NCBI GenBank assembly: GCA_049999805.1
Contig: JBNGIO010004087.1
Coordinates: forward strand, 1 to 51,648
Source: Folioceros fuciformis
Taxonomy: Eukaryota
DNA length: 51,648 nucleotides
Reading direction: 5' to 3'
A program made the translations under genes and the position numbers. Numbering within the stretch: position 1 is the stretch's first letter; each line of letters starts with the position of its first letter. The notes under the pieces are model-generated. The model had not been told where the DNA came from. It did no database searches and saw only the letters and a program-made list of their open reading frames with translations. Below are positions 1 through 10,770 of the stretch, piece by piece.

Positions 1-651
1 TTAAAGGGAGTGGGTGGGGTCCATGAATCCAAGGGACAGTGAAAGTACATGTTTCACACATGGGAGCGTAGAGCGCTCCGAGCTATTATTATGAGAAGAG
101 ATGTTGATAATTGGGGAGAAGAGTGGGCGGGCCCCCGGCCCGGTGAAAGGGCCACTCCTCTCTGTGGCCCAGCCAGGAGGAGGAGGAGGAGCAGGAGGAG
201 GAGCAGTAGTAGTAGCAGCAGCAGCAGCAGGCGCCTGTCGCCTGCCGCCTGCCGCCTGCCGCAATCGCATTTAATCGGTTTGTACTAGTGGCAACAGCAT
301 CGGCCAGGGGGGGCGGGCCGGCCCGGCCTGGGGATGACAGCCATGCCATGCCATGCCATGCCATTCCCGGGACCCGTCCTCGTACAACATGTGCATATCA
401 AGTCGCCCAGGGCTCCAGGCAGGGAGGGAGGGCTTTGGAGTCCGGGCCCAGCCGGCGCGGTTCCGTCCGTCCCCGAAAGACGAGCTCCCTCCCCTCCGCC
501 TGCCTTCCCTTTACCTACATGTGTGACTATGCAGCATATATGTTATTTAATGCAACCTGGCTGGGCCACTCCACAGTCCACACGGTACGCTTCATCATGC
601 TCCTCTGCGACATAATGAGTCCAACAATCCAACGACAATGACAAGACTATG

Positions 652-835
652 CTCTTCTCCTCCTCCTCTTCTCTTCTTCTCTTCTTCTCTTCTCCTCTCC
701 TCTTCTTCTCCTCGTCTCCTCTTCTCCTCTCCTCCTCTTCTTCTCCTCGTCTCCTCTCCTCCTCTTCTCTTCTCCTCTCCTCCTCTTCTTCTCCTCGTCT
801 CCTCTACTCCTCCTCCTCTCCTCTCCTCCTCCCCT
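652..835. repeat. Polypyrimidine (CTC/CTT) low-complexity tandem tract
   Basis: Almost pure C/T for ~185 bp with a recurring CTCCTCTTCTTCTCCTCGTCTC unit; the overlapping poly-S/L/P and poly-R/E ORFs are artefacts. Confidence 0.85.
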
Positions 836-1734
836 GCCCTGCCCCAGCCTCCGCGCCTGCGGGCAAAAAGGCGGCGAAACGAAACGGGGCGGGGCCCTTG
901 AACCTTCCTTCCCTTGAAGGCCCTTCTCCTTTCCTTTCCCTGTGGCGGCGCTGCCATGGCCCTGCCTGCCCTGCCCTGCCTCAGGCCCTGGCGTGGCGTC
1001 GTCACCTACTGCTCTGCGCCAGCTTTTCCCACAATATTACAATGCATCAGCGACAAGGACAGCGCAGGCGCAGGCGCAGGCGCAGCCTTCCAGCCCTGGG
1101 CCCTCCTCTCGTCACCGGGGAGAGGCCTGCGGCCAGTGGCCACCGGGCTCCAGCAACCACTGGCCTGCCCCCTGCACTCTGCACTGCGCACGGCCTATAT
1201 AATATCCTACTACACACCCATGAATGAACGTCCGCACGAATAGCCATCAGTCTACATTCCACCTCCGCCTATTTCATGCCGCAAGCTTGCGTGCATCGGG
1301 GAACGGTGGACTCTCCATGTACTCACTGTCCATGCCTACTGCCTACACGCAACACAATGCAAAGCAAAAAATCGCAACGGAACGGAGCACAACGACACGG
1401 GAATCGGGAACATGTACCCTCCTTACGGTACGTATGGGCAGAGGCAGGGCCCGGATATTTATGCCCCTCATGTCACAACCTGCAAGAGTAACCGCTTCCT
1501 GCGATCCACCTTCCGCTATTACACTCCCTACTAGGGATGCAACACGAGCAATAACTACTGCATCCTCTCCCCCATCACTTCACTTCACCTCACTTTCACA
1601 CACACGCGGCCCGTCCAGGCCACAAACCCCGGGAATGTACTTCCTTCCTTAAACAAAGCAACATCCCTGTCCTGTCCTGTCCGGCTCTGTCCGATCCGAT
1701 CCTGTCCCTGTGTGAACAGTGCCCGCAAACATCC

Positions 1735-3371
1735 TCACCCTCCGATGTGCTTCGACCACCCCTTCACCACAACTGCCGCGGGTGCGGCCGTCTTCTCAAA
1801 GCTCTCCCGGCTGTGTAGATCCTGGCGCCCACGCAACACCACCCCACCCACACCCCTTAGCCTACCATCAGTCGCCAATGACTTCAACTTACCACGCGCC
1901 TCCGCTACCACCACCACCCACAGACATGGACACGCCCTCCCATTCCAAACGCACCTTGATGTAGTCCAGAAGGTGTGTGAGGTCCCCCGGAATGGCCCAC
2001 TTCTTGTAGTGATCCAACGTTATCTTCAAGTGGTACAGCTTCGGGGCCAGGCTCAAGTCCACAGCTGAAATCTTGTCTCCTCCCACGTAAGGCCCCTGCA
2101 ATGCACGCCTCACCCACTCCCACTTAACGCCACAAAAATCCACACTCCTGGCTAAATACATTATCACACCCCTCCGCTTTTTCTTTCCCCCTCTTTTCCT
2201 CTCACTTACGTTTTGCTTCAGAAAGTCGTTCAGAGCTTTCAGCTCAGCCACCAAAGCCGCCTCAGTGCCGTCTGCAGGGTCCTTGCTCTTCAGGAATCTC
2301 ACGAATGCTCCGAAAAGCTTTGAACCCCTGGCACAAGCACCACCACCACCACCACCTACTGTCACCACTCTAGCCCCCACGGCAACCTAACCCTTGCACC
2401 TGCCTGCTACCTTCACTTCACACACGTACATTGCACTGAACGGACGGAACGGACCCTCGGATAATTACAAGCAAGGAAGAACCAAAGGAACAAAGGGAGT
2501 GAATGGATGGATGCTGCCCCTTACACTGCCGCCTTATCCTCGCTTACTGCCAGGGATGGTTCCGGATACTTCTCCTCCAGCAGCGCGGTGATCACGTCAG
2601 AGTCCGCAACCCAGCTCCCTTCGTGCTTAATCACCGGCACTTTTCCCTCGGGGTTCGCCTCCAAAAACCTGAATCCATTGGCACAGCGTAGCCATTACAC
2701 TCACCACAAGCTTCACACCACACGAATACCAATTGCCCAACCGCGCACGGCGTACAGCCACATTCCCACCACTCTGGTTTGTTTTCCGTGTCCACAAATC
2801 TGGCATTGTAGGGAATGCCTTTCTCTTCCAGAGTAAGAAGCACGCGCTGCGAGAACGGGCCTGCGGTGCAGCCACAGGAATTAGGTCATCCGTCACGTCT
2901 GCTCACTCCAGCTTTTCCTCATCTCCCGCACCGTTGTCCTTTCGGCCAACCATACGACATTGCCGTTGGGAGTACGGGCACTCCCGTCCCGACGTAAGCA
3001 CAATTTGTTGAATGCAGTCAGCAAGCCGAGTGAGCTTGGAATCAAGAAAAAGAGGAACCAGAGCCTCAGGACGATCTGAGCTTACAGTCACCGAGCTCAT
3101 CCGGCTGGCCGGAAGCTGCCTTCACCAGCACCTCCAATGGCGGCGCCACTGCTGCCATGACAACCAAGCCTCTTCCGACCGACGCCCTCGACGCCCGCCA
3201 CCAACGAGCCGCAGGCGGAATGCGGGCCGCTTGGGACGGAGGACTGCTCCAGGTACGCACCAGCCGAAACTGCCTTCGGACACCGCCGCGAATGCCCACA
3301 CCAGCCCGGGCGCACGATAGCGAGATCACTCCACCGCAAACTGGAGATGGGAGCACCACAGCAGCCTGCAT
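1735..3371 (-). CDS. DHAR: Dehydroascorbate reductase (GST-fold DHAR), probably plastid-targeted, 6 exons
   Basis: Exons 3371-3086, 2860-2770, 2668-2525, 2327-2210, 2095-1955, 1821-1735 with GT-AG introns. Spliced protein has LGDCPFSQRVLLTLEEK (active-site Cys), NPEGKVP, DLSLAPKLYHL and an Arg/Ser/Ala-rich N-terminal transit-like peptide. Confidence 0.95.
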
Positions 3372-3549
3372 TTCCACCCCTCGTCTGACTCAATTATTTC
3401 TGCCTGCAATTGTGCCACACTGCTCACTCTGTCCGTGCGACTACATTCACTGCATCGCAAACCCATTTTGTACATGTATAAGGCCACCAAAACAATACGC
3501 ATCAAACCTGTCTCACATTGTCATCCATTCATCCTGTTTGACTCTTCCT

Positions 3550-3663
3550 ATATATTATTTCCAGTGTATAATTATTAGGCGGATACCAAGACCGAATAAG
3601 GTCCAGATATATTATTTCCAGTGTATAATTATTAGGCGGATACCAAGACCGAATAAGGTCCAG
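3550..3663. repeat. Perfect 57-bp tandem duplication upstream of DHAR
   Basis: ATATATTATTTCCAGTG...GAATAAGGTCCAG at 3550-3606 and again at 3607-3663. Confidence 0.9.
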
Positions 3664-4099
3664 CAGAAGTACAATGGTTGACATATTGCTAATGCGGCCT
3701 AATGACACTTCCAAGCTTTGTTTGCTAGGTGGGTGTCCAGGAGTTTATAGCAATGTAGTTATGGGACATCGAGAACTCGACTAGACCTTGAAGATGGCAT
3801 TTCTTTTAGGATTTTAAAGGGTGTCATCACAAATTTGTTGATGTCACACATCTTTATTGTCAAGTGATCTTTGAATATGCAACCTTTGAATTACAAAAGT
3901 TAAGGGAACATATACAAAATATGTGGAAAGACCTTTGCCCAAAGCTCAATTGTGGATGAATAAGAATTGTACTTGTTGTCACCGAACATTTCTGAACTTT
4001 AGATATCTGTGCTGGCTATGTAGTGTAATTATTTTTGTTATGGTTGAAATACGCTATTTAACCCAAATTGACACATTGGCTTTTATCAATGTTGTTTTA

Positions 4100-5760
4100 G
4101 TTCAAGCCTATGTTGCAACTATAGATCCTATTAAACCTGCTACATGTGAACAAGCTTGATCTGGACATAACAAAGAGAATTAAGAGACATAATAGAAATT
4201 TACACAGGAACTAGTTAAACTCCCACATAATAGGAAACCAATTCAATGTGAATGGGTTTTTCGTATTAAGTTGAAAGCATATCGTATTGTAGATTGTTGC
4301 AAGACACGAATACGTGCCAAGGTTTATAATCAAGTACTAGGAGATGATTATCATGAAACCCTTTCACCTGTTGTTAAGCTTCGAACTATTACGTACTTGT
4401 TAGCACTAGCTATTAAATTGGATTTAGATTTATAACAAATGGATGTTGGCACCACAACAAGTACTAGCTATTAAATTGGATTTAGATTTACAATAAATGG
4501 ATGTTGGCACCACTTTCCTACATGGGAAGTTAGAGGAACTTATTGTATGGAACAATTGGAAAGTTTACACACTAAAAACTTAGTGTGTAAACTTTTAAAA
4601 TGTATTTATGGACTCAGCAATCTCCTTTGAAGTCGTATACGTATACGGGCATCAATGGTACCCTTATAGAAATTGGTTTTATTTGTTGTACTTTTTGACA
4701 TCGACAATACTCTTATAAAACTTGTGATTCTGATGAGAATGTGTATTTACTTCATAAGGATGAAACTTGTAACCATTGCTCTTTATGTGGATGACATCAT
4801 TATTGCTATCAATAGCCAAAATTTATTGAAGGATGTAAAGGATTTTCTTAGTTCTAAGTATAAAATGAAGGACATTAAAACTTTTACCTATTGTCTTAGA
4901 GTTCAAATTCCTGCAAATAAAGATGAAGATACACTAAGCATCTTTCAAACTAAACATGCTATGGAACTTCTAAATCATTTTAAGCTTGAGGTAGCTAGTC
5001 CTTTAGCCACTCCAAATGCAACTAGTCAAGTCTTGTTTACCTTGGACAACTCTGCTATATATGTGGAATGCAAGAGAATGTTACAAACTCCTTATAGAGA
5101 GGCTGTTGGATGATGCTTGTTATTCCTTAATGGCTGGACTTGCACAGATATCATTCTTGGATATTCATTGTGTCAAAATTTCTCTCTAATCCAAACTTGG
5201 CTTATTGGGTTAGAATTAAACGTACTTATCAAAATTTGTCTAGTAATATAAATCTAAGCCTTTAATATAAGAGATATCGAACAAGAAAACTTACATTTGA
5301 GGGTTGGTCTGATGATAATTGGGAAATCAATCCTATTACGAACAAAAATTATTTACCTATTGTTTGATTGTGTGTAATGTAGTCGTTTGACAGACATGTA
5401 AAAGGCAACAAAGTGTGTCTTAGAGTTCCATGGAGAGTGAGTATGCAGAGTTAACACTAGCTAGTAAGGAGGCAGTAACCAATAGGACTTTGCTAGCACT
5501 AGATACTTTGCTAAGTGAGATGAGTTAAACTCAAGACTCATCTACTTTATTATATTGTGATACCATGTTTGTAATAGCCCTAACTAAGAATGCCAAGTAT
5601 CATGCTTGAACAAAGTACATACTTGCATATGATCATTTTATAAGATAAATAGTTGCTAAACATCAAGTTATTATTAAGTTTACTCCAACAAAGGAGAATC
5701 TTGCTGATATATTTTTCAAGTATATTTTCCAAGCTTTACTAAGTTCTATTTTAATTAGTT
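4100..5760 (+). mobile_element. Degenerate Ty1/copia retrotransposon pol remnant (RT-RNase H)
   Basis: Fragments PATCEQA, DYHETLSPV, MDVGTT, LYVDDIII (RT catalytic motif), PYREAVG, SSMESEY and ENLADIF, broken by many stops and frameshifts; AT-rich; internal ~58-bp duplication at about 4405-4514. Confidence 0.9.
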
Positions 5761-6344
5761 GAGGTTTTTGATTTGTCCATTGTCATCATGGCTTAACTTA
5801 ATATTTTATTATTTACTCTTATTAATATATATATTGGTAATTGTCTTACTATAAGATGTTTATCTAACAAGGATGCTAATAGCTATTCTTACTGCCCCAA
5901 ATCGTATGGTTTGGGCATCTCAGTGTCCTTTGCAGGGTTGAGGAGGTTGTGTGATGGCTCTGGGTACCTTGATGTCCTTCAGGTGTTGGTATGTTGAGGA
6001 GGTTGAAGGGTGGTTGTGCACGACAATCGTGTCCTCTGCTACTACTGTTGAGGGAGTTGCCGGGTGGCTGCAGCCAGCATTGTGTTTGATGCTCTTGGGC
6101 TGAGGAGGTTGTAGGGTGGCCTAACGCTGGAACAACTACTACAAGCTTAACCTTCAAGTATAAGTTGAAATTTAATACCCTTTTGGCCTTTGGTCCTTTG
6201 TTGAAATTTCAGGGTCTATCTGAGCTCCCCTTCTTGCATGCATGATGTATTCATCTACTTATTTATTATATTTATTATATTATTATAATTCATTTATAAA
6301 TACTTATCTATACTAAAATAACTTGTACCCGCCCATAGTCTTTT

Positions 6345-6546
6345 GTGCGGTGTGACATCACCGGCTCCTTCGGTAAGAATCGTGGGTGCGGTGTGACATC
6401 ACCAGCTCCTTCGGTAAGAACCGTGGGTGCGGTGTGACATCACCGGCTTCTTCGGTAAGAAGCTTCGGTGCGGTGTGACATCACCAGCTCCTTCGGTAAG
6501 AAGCTTCCGTGCGGTGGGACATCACCGGCTCCTTCGGTAAGAAGCT
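6345..6546. repeat. 41-bp minisatellite, 5 copies
   Basis: GTGCGGTGTGACATCACCRGCTCCTTCGGTAAGAA plus a 6-nt variable linker, starting at 6345, 6386, 6427, 6468 and 6509. Confidence 0.92.
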
Positions 6547-6914
6547 GGCCTCCATTACAACTAAGCTTGCCTCATATGGGATCTCACTCGGTCATGCTCG
6601 ACTCTTTAGTATCTTCCGATAAACGAAATTTTCGTATCTTCCCATAAAATTACGTAAATTAGGCCAACAGGCTAACTGCGCAATCGCACAAAAGGGTGCA
6701 ACGTTACCGACGCAAGGGTGCCCTGTATAGCCAAAGATTATTTCCACGACCGGCGCAATGTCAAATGGCAGAGGTGTTTGCGGCAGCTACCAATAGAACC
6801 GGCGTTGCCGCACTCTATGCATTCTATTTCTTGTTCACCATGGTCACGTCTTCGTTGTAGTCGCCCTATCTCTTATCTTGAAATAATCGATAGTTGTGAG
6901 AGTCTAACCACGCC

Positions 6915-8465
6915 TCTGTAATGCACCCGCGCTTGCATAGGCCATGAGAAGGCCAGCAAAAGCAACACGCTGAGCAACAATCAGGCCCTCCTGCTCCATT
7001 CGTCCATGACGAGCAAGATCGTCCTGTTGCTGCCGCACTAAGCATGCAGCTTCTAATCCACCACATCCTGCGTACGTGTCCAGCACAGACTTGCCCACCA
7101 GTATGTCATCTAGCTTTTCCGTTCCCACAGTCTGAGACTGCGACTGCTTGCCTTTCGGGGACACCACACTTGCACAGGGCTTCAGAAGGCAATAAGAAGC
7201 AACTTCGTCAGCCACGACGAGGCCTCTTGCTCCATTTGCCCAGACGCAGAGCAGTCAACTCTTGCCCAAGCCCTTGCTGTGCTTGTCCAGTAATCAAAGG
7301 ATTACTTGTCCCCACCTCCTTTGAGACCAAGCTGTCAAAAACTCAACAAGTGTCTCCAGCTTGCCACATTTTGCGAACATCTCCAGCAGGCACGTGCCCA
7401 ACAGTATGCTACCTAGCTGTCCTCTGTCCTCAATCGGAGAGTGCCCCCGCCTGCCATTTTGGATGGCATCTGCGATTGCACCAGGCTTCTTAAAGGTAGC
7501 AAAAGTAACCTCGTCAGCCTCAATCAGTCCCACCTGCTCCAATTTCCTCGACAGGACACGCTCGGCTCCATTGGCCCTCGCTGCGAATACCTTTTCCACG
7601 TCACCATATCCTTTAGTGCACAAGCTGTTGAAAACCCAGCGTCCACCTGCAAGTTTGCCGCAGTTTGTATATATGTCCACTAGACACTTGCCAGCAGGAT
7701 ATTATACAGCTGTGCTCAATCCACAATCCGTGAATGCAACCACCTGCCCTTCTGTAAGGCATGATAACATGATAAGCGACAACTAGGCACTCCTGCTCAC
7801 TTTGTCCGAAGAAAACACGTGCCTTATGACCAAACCGTTGCTGTGCACACCCAGCAATCAGGGCTGTCCGCATCACCACATCATTATGGCCAAGCTGTCA
7901 AAAACCCTGCGTGACTCGTCCTATGCCCCACATTTTGCACAAATGTACACCAGGCAGTTCCCAAGAAACAATCCAGGAGGAAATGCCGCTTTGAAGCCTG
8001 TCACATTGCATTTGTCTGCCAAATTCCAAGCCAGCGGGCAAATGCACGGGCTCGAATAGTGGCCACAAAGACGTGGGCATCTATCTGCTTTCACCTTTGA
8101 ACTAGACACATCTCATGATGCAGTTGCTTGCTTAATCGATTTCCCATGATTAGAACGAGCGAAGATTACGAAGGCCACATGAACGAATCTAGTTGGTCTA
8201 CAATGGTGAGCACATCCACGGCCCCTTGTAACCTACCTGCACAAGAATACATGCGCACGATATGGTTCCCCAAGTGCATATTTGACTCGTACCCACGTTT
8301 GTCTGTGAGATTAAGACCTTGTCGCACCACAACCAGATCCTTCGTGGCTGCACACAGTTCCAGCACAGTATAAAACGGAGAAATAGGAGACTTCGCCTTC
8401 GCCTCCGCAAAAATTCCAGGGCTGGAACAGCCTCCATAAGCTTCCTTTTCCCCCAAAACGCTGAG
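6915..8465 (-). pseudogene. Degenerate partial tandem copy of the PLS-PPR gene
   Basis: Frameshifted fragments FYTVLELCAATKDLVV..GYESNMHLGNHIVRMYSCAG, LGNCLVYICAKCGA, LLGTCLLEMFAKCGKLE and ASAGALQ match the adjacent intact PPR; no PDF or DYW part is seen. Confidence 0.85.
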
Positions 8466-8484
8466 CACCGGTGAGAGTTCACAC

Positions 8485-10770
8485 TCATGGTCGACCCTTA
8501 CAACTGCAACGACCCGCTTCAAATCGATGCACACGGTACCCATCCCTTACGACTATCTCTCTCTTTTCAACCCTTGACATGATCTCCGTTGAACTGTGGC
8601 AGTCACTGCACATGCGTAGATTCTTTGTTACCAACAAAGGAGTGCCACTTGGAGTGTTCAAGAGACCAAACGCCAGAGCTAGCTTCTCTGCATGACCGCA
8701 AAGCACGTCTTCCTTTTCCTTCTCCGAAAGTGGCTTCAACACCAACTTTGTCTGTGGTACATGGCCCCCTTCTTCCTTGAGACGTGCATTCATCCTCTCA
8801 ACTTTGAACGAAGGATCGTCTAAGTTTCCACCTACCATAAATGTATGTAACTGCCTATTCACCTCAATGCCCGCCACAGCAGGTTTCTTGCTAGCTCCTG
8901 CTACCATTCTCTGCACTTCAATCCTCTCTACATCCGTCCACATACCTGCATCTGCATAAACATTAGCCATTAGCACATATGCGGACGCCTGCTGGGGGTC
9001 CAATCTAACCAGACTTTGGAAACACCGCGTCGCTCTCTCTACATCTCCATGACTCTTACAGGCATTCAACAACGATATCAACCCCACAACATTGCTTTGG
9101 CTCTCACAAGACAACAGCATGCTTTCTGCCTCATCGAGATGGCCTGCGCGTCCAAGAAGGTCAATCATGCAATTGTAATGCTCAACCGTGGGTTTGATGC
9201 CATGCTGTTCAAGCATGGAATCAAAATGCTTACAGCCTTCATCTACCAGCCCATCATGACTGCATGCTACTAAAAGGTTCGTAAATGTAGCTTCATTGGG
9301 TTGAACACCAGCAACTAACATTTCCCCAAAACAAGCTACCGCGTTGTGACCTTCATCACAAGCACCGCACCCAGCGATCAGGGCCGTCCATGTCACCACA
9401 TCCTTTGTGGCCAAGCTGTCAAAAACCCGGCGTGCATCTTCCAGTTCGCCACATTTTGCATACATGTCAATCAGGCAGGTACCCAACAATACGTTATGCA
9501 GCTGTCCTCTTTCCACAATCTGCGAGTGCAGCTGCCTGCCATTCTGTAAGGCTCCAGCACTTGCGCAAGCCCTCAGAAGAGAAGCAAAAGTGACATGATC
9601 AGCCACAATCAGGCCCCCTTGCTCCATTCGTCCATACAGGGCAAGCGCCTCCTGATTAAACCCATGATCTGCATACCCAGCGATCAAGGCATTCCATGTC
9701 ACCACATCCTTTCTAGTCAAGCTGTCAAAAACCCGGCGTGCATATTCCACTGCCCCACATTTCGCATACATGTGGACCAGGGAATTGCCAACGAACAAGT
9801 CAGGAGGAACACCACTGTGCATCACATCAGAGTGCACTTTTCTGCCAGATTCCATGTCGGAGGCAAACGCACAAGCTTGAATGGCAGCTACAAAGACATG
9901 AGCATCCGCCTTCACACCTGAGCTGCGCATCTCATGGTACAGTTGTATGGCCTCCTTTGGTTTCCCATGTTTGGAATATGCAGAGATTATGGAGGACCAC
10001 ATGAAGGCATCTGGTTTGAGCACCCTGGTGAACACATCCATGGCATCTTCCACCCTACCTGCACATGCATACATGCGCAAAATATGGTTCCCCAAGTATG
10101 TGTTTGATTCATATCCAAGTTTTACAACAAGATCATGAACTCGTCGCCCCACAACCAGGTCCTTCTTAGCTGAACACAGTTTTAGCACTTTGTAAAATAG
10201 AGACTGAGAAATTGGACAGTCTGTCTGCGCAAGAAATTCCAGGAATGTAACGGCCTCAGTAAGCTTCCCCTGCCGACATAAGGTGCTCACCTTCAGAGCC
10301 GCTACTCCCATTTCCGATCCAGCACCCCTGCCTAGCTCAGGCTTATCCAAAACGCTCGACTTGCAGGGAGATGCACCGTGACCCATTTCCAAATCCAAAA
10401 ATACTAGCTGCTCATCCACCCAAGCTGGCCTGGAAATGTTGTCAAGCCAGAGGACCTCGCCAGTCATCTTACGCCTAAAGTCAGGGGACCGGAAACTCTT
10501 CTTATCTCGTCTGTTATCCCACCACATGGAGGGGTCCAAAAAAAAATTTCGCCACAACAGTTCCTGCTCGTGGCGACCACCATCGCTGGAAAATCGCTCC
10601 CCAGTGATGCGCTTCCCCGGAGTTGCTGGGTCTCTAACTTGAGTCCGCCTCAGTGTTTGGTTGTTTGTGGCATCACTCCCGCAGGTAACGAGAGGGGTGG
10701 CTGGTGGAAGCACCGAACACCTACCAACTTGTTGCGCCCACGACGGATCCAGTTGCAACACTTTGGCCAT
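8485..10770 (-). CDS. PLS-class PPR protein with N-terminal OSB-type PDF motif, E1/E2 and DYW:KP (GRP-type) deaminase-fold domain; putative organellar U-to-C editing factor
   Basis: Uninterrupted ~761-aa ORF: PDF motif W..FF.DP..WWDNR..K....PDF..K.TGE.LWL....P.WV, about 12 P/L/S repeats, E1, E2, KKPAVAGIEV box, HAEKLA, CSDC, C-terminus CSCKGRP. A further 5' exon at about 11180-10986 (donor GTAGGA, acceptor near 10789) is possible. Confidence 0.93.
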   Translation of the reverse strand: MAKVLQLDPSWAQQVGRCSVLPPATPLVTCGSDATNNQTLRRTQVRDPATPGKRITGERFSSDGGRHEQELLWRNFFLDPSMWWDNRRDKKSFRSPDFRRKMTGEVLWLDNISRPAWVDEQLVFLDLEMGHGASPCKSSVLDKPELGRGAGSEMGVAALKVSTLCRQGKLTEAVTFLEFLAQTDCPISQSLFYKVLKLCSAKKDLVVGRRVHDLVVKLGYESNTYLGNHILRMYACAGRVEDAMDVFTRVLKPDAFMWSSIISAYSKHGKPKEAIQLYHEMRSSGVKADAHVFVAAIQACAFASDMESGRKVHSDVMHSGVPPDLFVGNSLVHMYAKCGAVEYARRVFDSLTRKDVVTWNALIAGYADHGFNQEALALYGRMEQGGLIVADHVTFASLLRACASAGALQNGRQLHSQIVERGQLHNVLLGTCLIDMYAKCGELEDARRVFDSLATKDVVTWTALIAGCGACDEGHNAVACFGEMLVAGVQPNEATFTNLLVACSHDGLVDEGCKHFDSMLEQHGIKPTVEHYNCMIDLLGRAGHLDEAESMLLSCESQSNVVGLISLLNACKSHGDVERATRCFQSLVRLDPQQASAYVLMANVYADAGMWTDVERIEVQRMVAGASKKPAVAGIEVNRQLHTFMVGGNLDDPSFKVERMNARLKEEGGHVPQTKLVLKPLSEKEKEDVLCGHAEKLALAFGLLNTPSGTPLLVTKNLRMCSDCHSSTEIMSRVEKREIVVRDGYRVHRFEAGRCSCKGRP

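Noticed and set aside
1-1250. Many overlapping ORFs with poly-S, R, P or E
   Set aside because: They arise from GC-rich microsatellites (AGG, AGC, CTC, GCCAT) and show no protein-family motif
6345-6546. CRISPR-like array of palindromic repeats
   Set aside because: Linkers are only 6 nt and related to each other, no cas genes are present and the context is eukaryotic; it is a minisatellite
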